In this document: positions 55,830 through 64,000 of the stretch, in pieces
How positions within the stretch are numbered: position 1 is the stretch's first letter
Layout of the letters: every line of letters starts with the position of its first letter
Position numbers and translations under genes: made by a program
The notes under the pieces: model-generated
Told to the model about the DNA's origin: nothing
Database searches by the model: none
What the model saw: only the letters and a program-made list of their open reading frames with translations
From: an uncultured Sulfolobales archaeon
Lineage (GTDB): Archaea; Thermoproteota; Thermoprotei_A; Sulfolobales; NBVN01
NCBI GenBank assembly: GCA_937949785.1
Contig: CALEDH010000013.1
Location: 7,519-71,518 of the forward strand
Length of the DNA: 64,000 nt
Reading direction: 5' to 3'

Positions 55830-57528
55830 AGAGTATCACCTCCTTAAGACTGCCTCCTGGGGGTAGTTGAGGTAATGCAAACTCATCCCTACTTATAGGG
55901 ACTCTAATAACTGATGCCACGCTATCGTTTAAAGCCTTCCTAAGTGAGGCCCTTAAATCTTCATAATCTGCTACGTCATACCCTACCGCGCCGAAGCCTT
56001 CAGCAAGTTTTACGTAATCAGTTGATGGTCCGAAATCAATGCCTACGACCCTCCCTCTAAAGAATAGTTCCTGAACCTGCTTTACAAGGCCTAAAGCCCT
56101 ATTATCAAACACCACCGTAATTACCGGTATGTTGAAATCCACAGCAGTTGCTAGGTTATTCATGGTCATCAAGAACGAGCCGTCCCCATCAAGGTTAATA
56201 ACAGCTCTGTCAGGTCTAGCTACTTTAGCACCTATGGCTGCTGGTAATCCGAAACCCATAGTTCCCATACCGCCTGACGTGATTAGCGTTCTGGGCTTAA
56301 AGACGTCCCAGAAAGATGCGATCCACATCTGATGTTGACCAACACCAGTAGTTACTATAGAGTCCCCTGGTACAGCATCTCTGATAACCTTTAGAACCTT
56401 CCAAGGCTTTAACCCCTCATCATCCACATAGTAATACTTTGAATAATATTCTTTAAGTTCCTTAACTCTAGAAATCCATCCAACCCTACCTACCTTCCTC
56501 CCAACAACGTTAACACTACTTATCAACATGTTTAATACTTTCTTAGCATCACCGTAAATCTCTACATCAACCTTCATCGGCAGTTTCATCACATCTGTAG
56601 GGTCTATGTTCACCACAATGATCTTTCTTCCAACTATATCATTGCATGAGGGTAACGTCCTATCACTTAACCTAGCGCCGACCACCAACACTACATCGGA
56701 TTCTAGTAACGCGTTATTAGCCTCAGCTCTACCGTAATACCCGACAACTCCGAGATATAATGGATTGTTATGAGGAATAGCAGACTTACCTAACAACGTT
56801 GATACTATTGGCATACCTAATAGTTCAGATAGCCTCATAACTTCCTCAGTAGCGTCTGACCAGAAGACCCCGGCACCAACTAATACTAGCGGCCTTTCAG
56901 CCTCTACTAAAATCTTAGCAGCTTTAACGACGTCATCTGGATTAATAACAGTCCTGAAGGGCTTATAGCCTAAAACCATGGGTTCCTCAGGCCATACCTC
57001 CTCGTTAATCTTAGCGTTAAGTAGGTCTCTAGGAATGTCAACAACTACAGGGCCTGGCTTACCGCTAATGGCTATGTGGAACGCGTTCCTTATCCATAAT
57101 GGGATCTCACCTACTTCCCTAATCTGAACTACGTACTTAGCAATATGTTGCATCACACCTACAACATCGGCTTCCTGAAATGACTTCCTACCCATACTGC
57201 TTCTTGAAACCTGCCCAGTAATAGCTATTACTGGACTGTTATCCCAGTACGCGGTGATTAGACCAGTTACTAGGTTCATAGACCCAGGTCCGGAAGTAGC
57301 TGTGCAAACTCCAGGCCTACCGCTTATTCTCGCATAGCCGTCTGCAGCATGTGCAGCTCCCTGCTCATGCCTCATAAGTATATGCTTTATCTCCTCATTT
57401 TTTAAGTAGTCTATTAACTCATCGTATATAGGCATGTTCGACAGTCCTGGTATTCCGAAGACCACCTTAACTCCTTCCCTTCTTAAGGTTTCTACCACTA
57501 ACTTAGCTCCTGTAGGCATAATAATCAC
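55807..57528 (-). CDS. ilvB: Acetolactate synthase large subunit (ThDP/FAD)
   Basis: GIPG, HEQGAAHAADGYAR, GVGQHQMW, GGMGTMGFGLPAAIGA, LDGDGSFLM. Confidence 0.9.
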
Positions 57529-57689
57529 CTAAACGTAGAAGAGTCGGATTTTAACGAAGTCACCTTAGCTCCATTCAACCTTCTAACATACGTTTTAGTT
57601 AGGATTAATGAATTTGGAATACTTCCAACTCCATCACCAGCTTGTTCTAATTATTACCGAGGTTTTTAAATCTTTATGCTGATGCGTGA

Positions 57690-58850
57690 CTACTTTAACC
57701 ACTTAACATCACCTATGATTGTTTTAACTATGTTAAGAAGTTCATCATACCCTACACTACGGCCGGCATCACCTAACTCCTTGATCTTTACAAGTACTTT
57801 ATCTATTACGTCTTCACTAGGTTCTACTCCTAACTCCTTCAACATATAAGCAACTGCGTGCCTACCACTATGCTTACCTAAGACTATCCTCCTCTTCATA
57901 CCAATAGCTAAAGGATCTATAGGTTCGTATGTAAGCGGGTTGCCTAGTATTCCGTGAACATGTATCCCAGATTCATGGGAGAACGCGTTAATACCAACTA
58001 TAGGTTTATTAGGCTGTATTTCAAACTTAAATAGCTCTGATACCAATCTTGCAGTGCTTCCTATTAATTCTAACCTTATATTAGTTTTAAATCCTATGAG
58101 GAACGTCAACGCAGTGACTACTTCCTCTAATGCTGCATTTCCCGCCCTCTCACCAACACCTAAGACAGTCACATGCACTTGATCAGCCCCACTTTCCAAA
58201 GCAACTACGCTGTTCGCAACGGCCATGCCGAAGTCATTATGGCAGTGAACGCTTAATACGTAGTCACCCATAACCATATTCCTAACATATCTGACAAGCT
58301 CTGCCATTATTGAAGGCCTCATAATACCCACAGTATCTGCTATGTCAATTCTCTCAGCACCAGCACCTACTACCTCCTGAAATACCCTCACCAGAAACTC
58401 CCACCTACTCCTGGTGGAGTCCTCAGCACTAAACTCTACTGTTAAGCCGTGCGATTTAGCGTATTCAACAGCCCATGTAGCCCTCTCCACAACTTCTTCA
58501 GGAGTCATCTTCAACTTATGCTTCATGTGAATATCTGAGGTCGCTATGAATAGGTGTATAGCATCTACATCACAATCTAAGACCGCATCTATATCGCCTT
58601 TAGAAGTTCTCGCCAACGCTATGACCTCAGCATTACATACCTCACTAGCAATAGTCCTAACCGCTGAGAACTCACCTCTGCTTGTTATCGGGAAACCTGC
58701 TTCTATAGAGTCAACACCTAATTCCTCGAGGGCTAATGCAATTCTTAACTTATCATCAGGTTTTAACGCAACGCCAGGAGTCTGTTCGCCATCTCTTAAT
58801 GTGGTATCTAATATTCTTACATATTTATTAGAATTTAATTCAGGTTTGAT
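57690..58850 (-). CDS. leuA: 2-isopropylmalate / citramalate synthase family enzyme, short form (start unresolved; 58850 ATC is a guess)
   Basis: The ORF track starts at TTG 58616, but the in-frame upstream sequence reads VRILDTTLRDGEQTPGVALKPDDKLRIALALEELGVDSIEAGFPITS (catalytic N-terminus). Downstream HCHNDFGMAVANS, HESGIH. Confidence 0.8.
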   Translation of the reverse strand: MKPELNSNKYVRILDTTLRDGEQTPGVALKPDDKLRIALALEELGVDSIEAGFPITSRGEFSAVRTIASEVCNAEVIALARTSKGDIDAVLDCDVDAIHLFIATSDIHMKHKLKMTPEEVVERATWAVEYAKSHGLTVEFSAEDSTRSRWEFLVRVFQEVVGAGAERIDIADTVGIMRPSIMAELVRYVRNMVMGDYVLSVHCHNDFGMAVANSVVALESGADQVHVTVLGVGERAGNAALEEVVTALTFLIGFKTNIRLELIGSTARLVSELFKFEIQPNKPIVGINAFSHESGIHVHGILGNPLTYEPIDPLAIGMKRRIVLGKHSGRHAVAYMLKELGVEPSEDVIDKVLVKIKELGDAGRSVGYDELLNIVKTIIGDVKWLK

Positions 58851-58941
58851 ATTTACTTCATACGTAGCAATACAGATCCCGAATAGTATAGAGGGTATGA
58901 TTATAAAAACTTTTCTAAACCAGAATTACGAAATACTTTCA

Positions 58942-59433
58942 TCACCTACCCAACTTTCTTAAATATTCTATCAGGCCTCCAGCATCTACGATCCTGATCA
59001 CTATATCAGGCAACTCCTTACACCTTACTGTAATACCTCTTTCAGGTATTAGGATCTCACCAGATGATAGGTCAGCAGATACGTAATCACCTTCCCTCAC
59101 AACGTTACTAATATTAGGGCATACCATCACCGGTAATCCATTATTAATAGCGTTTCTGAAGAATATCCTTGCAAACGACTCTGCTAATATCATCTTAACA
59201 CCTGCTGCTTTAAGAGCGATGGCCGCCTGCTCCCGTGAGGAGCCCATACCAAATAACTTCCCAGCAACTACTATGACTCCCTTAGAAGCTTTCTTACTGA
59301 ATTCCGGGTCTACTGGTTCGAGTACGTGTTGGGCTAGGTATTGATGGTCTGTATATTTTAAGTATTTAGCAGGTATTATGAGGTCTGTATCAATTCTATC
59401 TCCTAACTTTATTACAGTCCCTTCGACGATCAT
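58942..59433 (-). CDS. leuD: 3-isopropylmalate dehydratase small subunit
   Basis: 163 aa; [29 protein letters not shown]. Confidence 0.85.
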   Translation of the reverse strand: MIVEGTVIKLGDRIDTDLIIPAKYLKYTDHQYLAQHVLEPVDPEFSKKASKGVIVVAGKLFGMGSSREQAAIALKAAGVKMILAESFARIFFRNAINNGLPVMVCPNISNVVREGDYVSADLSSGEILIPERGITVRCKELPDIVIRIVDAGGLIEYLRKLGR

Positions 59434-60701
59434 GGCATATCACCAGGCTCAGCCATCCTACCTAGAACTGCTGAAGCAGCTGCTACGGAAGGACCTGATA
59501 GGTAGGTCTTAGAATCTGGACTCCCCATCCTGCCTTTGAAATTCCTGTTAGAAGTAGATAGCACTACTTCACCGGGGCCTGCAACTCCGAAATGGCCGCC
59601 TATACAAGGACCGCATGTGCTGAAAGTTACCATACATCCAGCATTGACTAATATCTGAATATATCCTAGTTCTAAGGCCTTATTAAATACCTTCCTAGAC
59701 GCAGGTATCACTACGCATCTACTTCTAATTTTCCTACCCTTCATTATCTTAGCAGCTATCTCTAAGTCGCTTAACCTTCCATTAGTACAGGAGCCTATGA
59801 AAACCGTATCAACCTCCATACCCTCAACATCACGTATACTTTTAACGTTATCTACACTATAAGGAGCTGCGATAAGTAGGTCAACCTTACTTAATTCAAG
59901 CGTATATTCATCTACGTATTCTGCGTTATCATCCGGCAGAAATTTTCCTCTATACTCATACCCCCTCTCCACTCTCAAGAAGTTAGTAGTTTCTTCATCA
60001 GGTATGAAGAGGACGGAATCAGCATTAAATTCTATACCCATATTAGCTACTGTAGCTCTGTAATCCATAGGGAAAGAGGATGGATTCTCGACGTAGAACT
60101 CTATAGACATACCGTTAAAGTAATCTGCTTTAAACACCTTAAGTATTTCCAGAGCTACGTCCTTCCCAGTAACCCACTCCTTAAGAGAACCTCTGAGAAC
60201 TACCTTAAATGGTTGGGGGACTGAAACCCATGTCCTACCAGTAATTATAGTAGCTGCTACGTCCGTCGCACCCATACCTTGGGCAAAAGCCCCTAAAGCC
60301 CCTGCAGTTGATGTATGACTATCGGCACCGACTACTAAATAACCCGGCATAACATACCTTTCCAACAATATTTGATGAAGTATACCATCACCTATGTCAT
60401 GAAAATTCAACACCTTAATCTTACCTGCGAAATCCCTTACAAACCTCTGTATTTCAGCACTTCTTATATCGGGCGGTGGGACTAAGTGGTCGAAGGCTAT
60501 AACTAACTTCTCAGGATTTAGAGGTGTTCCACTGCTTAAATTCTCGATAATCTCGATTACATGAAATCCTGTTAAGTCGTGGAAACCTATTAAGTCAACA
60601 GCTACTTCAACTATATCATTCGGGGAAACTGCCCTACCTGACGCGTTACTTAATATTTTCTCTGTAAGAGTCTGCCCATTATACATGATTCGGTACCTCA
60701 T
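59430..60701 (-). CDS. leuC: 3-isopropylmalate dehydratase large subunit
   Basis: [43 protein letters not shown] (aconitase-family Fe-S ligands). Confidence 0.9.
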   Translation of the reverse strand: MRYRIMYNGQTLTEKILSNASGRAVSPNDIVEVAVDLIGFHDLTGFHVIEIIENLSSGTPLNPEKLVIAFDHLVPPPDIRSAEIQRFVRDFAGKIKVLNFHDIGDGILHQILLERYVMPGYLVVGADSHTSTAGALGAFAQGMGATDVAATIITGRTWVSVPQPFKVVLRGSLKEWVTGKDVALEILKVFKADYFNGMSIEFYVENPSSFPMDYRATVANMGIEFNADSVLFIPDEETTNFLRVERGYEYRGKFLPDDNAEYVDEYTLELSKVDLLIAAPYSVDNVKSIRDVEGMEVDTVFIGSCTNGRLSDLEIAAKIMKGRKIRSRCVVIPASRKVFNKALELGYIQILVNAGCMVTFSTCGPCIGGHFGVAGPGEVVLSTSNRNFKGRMGSPDSKTYLSGPSVAAASAVLGRMAEPGDMP

Positions 60702-60812
60702 ATTTTTTGAGGTACTACCTATTATGCTTTAATAGTGGGCTGTGAAAGTACTACCGAAATACTTATATACCGCAATTATAGATCAAGCTATATACTGGTG
60801 TAAGGCGATGCA

Positions 60813-61580
60813 ATTCCAAAACAAGTAGTAGGAGAATTAGTCGAGATAGAATCTATAGCAGATAAAGTTAGGAGATTAGTAATAGACTTACATCAATATG
60901 AGAAGAACCTCCATATGGGTTCTACGTTAAGCTGTGTTGAAATCCTCACAGTTCTGCTTAGAAAATATGTTAAGATTACGTCAGACCCTCTAAGTAAGGA
61001 TTGGTTAATCCTCAGTAAAGGGCATGCCGCACCAGCGCTTTACGCATTATTAGCTGAAAACGGATTAATACCTTATGAAGAGCTAATCAAGCTACAGTCC
61101 TTAGAATCGAGACTTCAAGGACATCCAGACGTAATGATACCTGGTGTTGATATGTCTACAGGTAGTCTCGGACAAGGGTTAAGCTTCGGCATAGGGGTTG
61201 CCATATGGATTAAATCTAAAGGTGGTTCTGGTAGGGTTTACGTAGTTATGGGTGATGGTGAGTTAGATGAGGGTCAGGTATGGGAGGCTATGACGGACGC
61301 CGCCCGTAGAAACCTTGATAACTTAACTGTAATTATAGATTGCAATGGATATCAATTAGATGGCAGGTTATCTGAGGTTAAGCCTAAGCATTACATGCCT
61401 TTAGTATGGAGTGTTGTTGGGTGGGAGGTCTTCCTATGCGACGGCCATAACGTACCTAACATCATATCAACTTTAGATGAGGCTATAAGGGTTAAAGCAC
61501 CGACAGTAATATTCGCTAAGACGGTTAGGGGTAGAGGGCTTAAACAATTAGAAGGTACTGACCTTCAAAGGGTTGAATGA
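60813..61580 (+). CDS. Transketolase N-terminal subunit (split archaeal Tkt); start unresolved, ATT 60813 is a guess
   Basis: GHAAPALYALLAE, GSLGQGLS, GDGELDEGQVWEA. About 34 in-frame homologous-looking residues (IPKQVVGELVEIESIADKVRRLVIDLH...) precede the ATG at 60915 called by the ORF track. Confidence 0.8.
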   Translation: MPKQVVGELVEIESIADKVRRLVIDLHQYEKNLHMGSTLSCVEILTVLLRKYVKITSDPLSKDWLILSKGHAAPALYALLAENGLIPYEELIKLQSLESRLQGHPDVMIPGVDMSTGSLGQGLSFGIGVAIWIKSKGGSGRVYVVMGDGELDEGQVWEAMTDAARRNLDNLTVIIDCNGYQLDGRLSEVKPKHYMPLVWSVVGWEVFLCDGHNVPNIISTLDEAIRVKAPTVIFAKTVRGRGLKQLEGTDLQRVE

Positions 61581-62518
61581 CCATGACTATAAACTCACCG
61601 CGTGAAGCTATTGGCTTAGTATTAGCTGAGTTAGGTAGTGAGGTGCAGGACCTAGTCGTGATTACCGCCGATGTTGGGAGGGCTACTAGGGCATATACCT
61701 TCGGTAGGAAGTTCCCGGAAAGGTATTTTAACGTAGGTATAGCTGAGCAGCATATGATTAGCTTTGCAGCCGGTTTAGCATCTGCAGGGGCTATCCCCGT
61801 GGTCTGCGCGTTCTCAACGTTTATTATGAGGGCATGGGAGCAAATTAGAAACACTATAGGTAGGATGAGTTCTAACGTAAAGATCGTTGGAACGCATGCT
61901 GGGTTCAGTGACTATGCGGATGGTTCTAGCCATCAATCATTAGAGGATATAGCTCTGATGAGAGTAATACATAATATGTCGGTCGTAGTGCCAGCGGATG
62001 TGAAGGATATTTTAAGAAGTCTACCAGTAATTGTTAAGGATGTTAAAGGTCCCCTCTACTTTAGAGTTGGACGTGATTACTCACCATCAATTACAGACGA
62101 TTACGACTATGAGTATAGGCTAGGTAAAGCATACATCGTTGAAGAAGGTGATGACATAGCTATAATAGCCGCTGGCCCAGTCTTATTAGAAGCTTTAGAA
62201 GCTGCCCGAGACCTTAAGAGGTTAGGGATTAAAGCAGCTGTAGTGAACTTAATGAACGTTAAACCTATTGATGAACGAACTTTAGAGAAGGTTGCAAGAA
62301 GTTGTGGACGTATCATCACTATCGAGGAACATTCCGTACTCGGTGGTATAGGGGCTGCAGTAGCTGAAGTACTCACCCAGAAATACCCGGTTCCAATGAA
62401 GTTCATCGGCGTTACCGGGTATGGGAGGTCAGCTAAGAATGTTAGGGAATTATTAGATTTTTACGGACTTAATAGCCAATCAATTATTAAGGCATCACTA
62501 GAACTAATTAAACTGTAA
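61577..62518 (+). CDS. Transketolase C-terminal subunit
   Basis: NVGIAEQHMISFAAGLA, GSSHQSLEDIALMR, EEHSVLGGIG; 4-nt overlap with the N-terminal subunit gene. Confidence 0.9.
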   Translation: MTMTINSPREAIGLVLAELGSEVQDLVVITADVGRATRAYTFGRKFPERYFNVGIAEQHMISFAAGLASAGAIPVVCAFSTFIMRAWEQIRNTIGRMSSNVKIVGTHAGFSDYADGSSHQSLEDIALMRVIHNMSVVVPADVKDILRSLPVIVKDVKGPLYFRVGRDYSPSITDDYDYEYRLGKAYIVEEGDDIAIIAAGPVLLEALEAARDLKRLGIKAAVVNLMNVKPIDERTLEKVARSCGRIITIEEHSVLGGIGAAVAEVLTQKYPVPMKFIGVTGYGRSAKNVRELLDFYGLNSQSIIKASLELIKL

Positions 62519-62578
62519 GAACGTGAAAACTACTTAAGTAATTAAAGGTTTCAATTAAATTTTAGTTAGGGTTAATTA

Positions 62579-63454
62579 TTGACTAAAGTACTACTAGTTA
62601 ACGGAGTGTTAACCCATGATTCAGGTAAGACGTGGTTCTCATCACTACTTGCAAGATCCCTTATTAGCGAGGGCTTTAAAGTTGGTATATATAAGCCTGT
62701 GGCTGGCCACAACGCATGGACTCAATACAACACAGTAGTTAGGAGTAAAGAACTTAAACTACTTGTTGGGGCAGATGTCTTAACGTATTTAGACTTAGGG
62801 TTAGTTAAAGTTGGAGAACTAATGATAGCTAATCCTGTAGACTTACTTATGGCTCCACTTGATGTTGTTAAATACATGAACAGCGGAGCACTTTATAAGT
62901 ATGCTGTTGACCTCCTAAATCAGTTTAAACAGATTGTACTGGCAAGAATCACCTCATGCGAGCACAATACTTCCGAACACTTCATCATTAGCAGCAATTT
63001 AAGTTACTTAACTGACCCCCTAATCAGTGACTTAAAGGAGCTATCCATTACCTTAGAGGCTAGGGATATAAGCATAGATGATTTAATTAAAACGTTGAGG
63101 AGCCAGCAGGTTGAGAATGAAATGAACGCCTGCCTTAAAAAGATATGTGAGGGTGTGGATGTAGTTATTGTGGAATCGTTTAATGACGCATTTACACCGT
63201 ATCCATCATTATTAAACCATATAAGCCAGGTAATATCGGTGAGTCAAGGACGTGCTATATTGTTCAAGGATGTAATTAGTATTAAGACGGTAGTTAAGGA
63301 GATGTTAATGGCGGTAGGTGATGAAGGACTTAAAGCCTTAAACATAATAGGTAGGCTAACCCCATCTCTAGTTATCGACATACCGCCCAGCCCGGACATA
63401 AAGTCAATGCAGGGGACTAGCTGGGAAACGATGATTAGAAGTCTAATACGTTAA
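62579..63454 (+). CDS. BioD-like (dethiobiotin-synthetase-fold) P-loop protein, function unclear
   Basis: GVLTHDSGKTW (GTxTxxGKT-like) and YKPVAGHN (KPVxxG-like); at 291 aa it is longer than BioD. Confidence 0.4.
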   Translation: MTKVLLVNGVLTHDSGKTWFSSLLARSLISEGFKVGIYKPVAGHNAWTQYNTVVRSKELKLLVGADVLTYLDLGLVKVGELMIANPVDLLMAPLDVVKYMNSGALYKYAVDLLNQFKQIVLARITSCEHNTSEHFIISSNLSYLTDPLISDLKELSITLEARDISIDDLIKTLRSQQVENEMNACLKKICEGVDVVIVESFNDAFTPYPSLLNHISQVISVSQGRAILFKDVISIKTVVKEMLMAVGDEGLKALNIIGRLTPSLVIDIPPSPDIKSMQGTSWETMIRSLIR

Positions 63455-63547
63455 CACACAAGTGCCTCCACTCTCAACATTTATCTCAAACATAGTTATA
63501 AATATGCTTTAATAATAATACCTAACTTAATATCTTGGTGGTGACGT

Positions 63548-64000
63548 ATAGTCAAGGAATATCTTAAAGAACTTATTGCTAAGAGAATTGCTGGAGATAT
63601 AGTTCTAAGTAATAACTACGGCAATTCTTTAAGGAAGTGGAGGGAGATTTTTAGGTCGTCGCAGTTAGATGTAGCTAGAGTTATGGGGGTCTCAGCAAGT
63701 GTTATAAGCGATTACGAGAAAGGCCGTAGGACGCCTGGAGCTAGGTTTATAAAGAAGTATGTAGATGCTCTCCTAATAATTGACGGAGGGAGGGAATGGG
63801 CTGTTGTTAAAGAACTTGCTAAGAATTTTAACCTCCTCTACAGTACATCCATACTTGATGTTAAGGAGTTAAACTCACCTATAAAATTAGATACCCTCTT
63901 AAACCTTATCGATGGATTTATAGTCAACTCATACGTATCATCTGTTGATGAGATCTTCGGCTATACCGTAATAGATAGCTTGGAAGCTATTGATGGATTA
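63548..64000 (+). CDS. XRE-family HTH regulator, N-terminal part (continues beyond the window); start unresolved (ATA 63548 is a guess)
   Basis: In-frame VKEYLKELIAKRIAGDIVLS...LRKWREIFRSSQLDVARVMGVSASVISDYEKGRR (HTH_3). An in-frame TGA lies at 63542. There is no ATG/GTG/TTG before the HTH except the Met inside it. Confidence 0.6.
   Translation, partial: MVKEYLKELIAKRIAGDIVLSNNYGNSLRKWREIFRSSQLDVARVMGVSASVISDYEKGRRTPGARFIKKYVDALLIIDGGREWAVVKELAKNFNLLYSTSILDVKELNSPIKLDTLLNLIDGFIVNSYVSSVDEIFGYTVIDSLEAIDGL

Noticed and set aside
57529-57689. Leader-peptide attenuator upstream of ilvB
   Set aside because: The small minus-strand uORFs here (for example MELEVFQIH) show no run of Ile/Leu/Val codons, and no terminator-like structure follows.
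58546-58962. 138-aa plus-strand ORF between leuA and leuD
   Set aside because: The opposite strand encodes the conserved leuA N-terminus (VRILDTTLRDGEQTPGV...). The plus-strand ORF is an artefact of the missing canonical start there.

Overview
Gene-dense (about 90% coding), low-GC (about 40% by eye) chromosomal segment. Gene content and codon style (AGA/AGG Arg, frequent GTG/TTG starts, TATA boxes 25-30 nt upstream of start codons) look like a hyperthermophilic crenarchaeon; I cannot name the species. Left to right: a minus-strand de novo purine operon (purC-purS-purQ-purL-purF-purF'-purD), divergent purP, purA and a purine PRTase. Then a Cys-type formate-dehydrogenase-like Mo enzyme with its Fe-S subunit, a glycogen cluster (short alpha-glucan phosphorylase, GH57, NDP-sugar pyrophosphorylase, glgA, an orphan all-beta protein), a TIP49/RuvB-like ATPase and inositol-phosphate synthase. 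Next comes a housekeeping mix, then an ABC (MacB-type) operon encoding a 979-aa CARDB-repeat surface protein, tRNA-Pro(UGG), a RavA/MoxR-like ATPase interrupted by an intein with a VWA partner, a branched-chain amino-acid cluster (ilvD; ilvB-ilvN'-ilvC; leuC-leuD-leuA) and a split transketolase. I found no rRNA, CRISPR array, transposase or integrase. Most notable observations: (1) a 390-aa intein inserted exactly in the Walker-A loop of the RavA-like ATPase. (2) Five conserved genes whose clearly homologous N-terminal residues lie upstream of any in-frame ATG/GTG/TTG. (3) A structured, SD-sequestering-type leader upstream of the FDH-like operon. (4) A candidate C/D box sRNA. (5) A small polypurine / Lys-Glu micro-ORF unit bracketed by inverted repeats. 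(6) A tandem purF paralog with a dead glutaminase domain. Everything was called by eye from the sequence and ORF track. No database search was run, so family names are motif-based and hand-derived coordinates may be off by a few nt.
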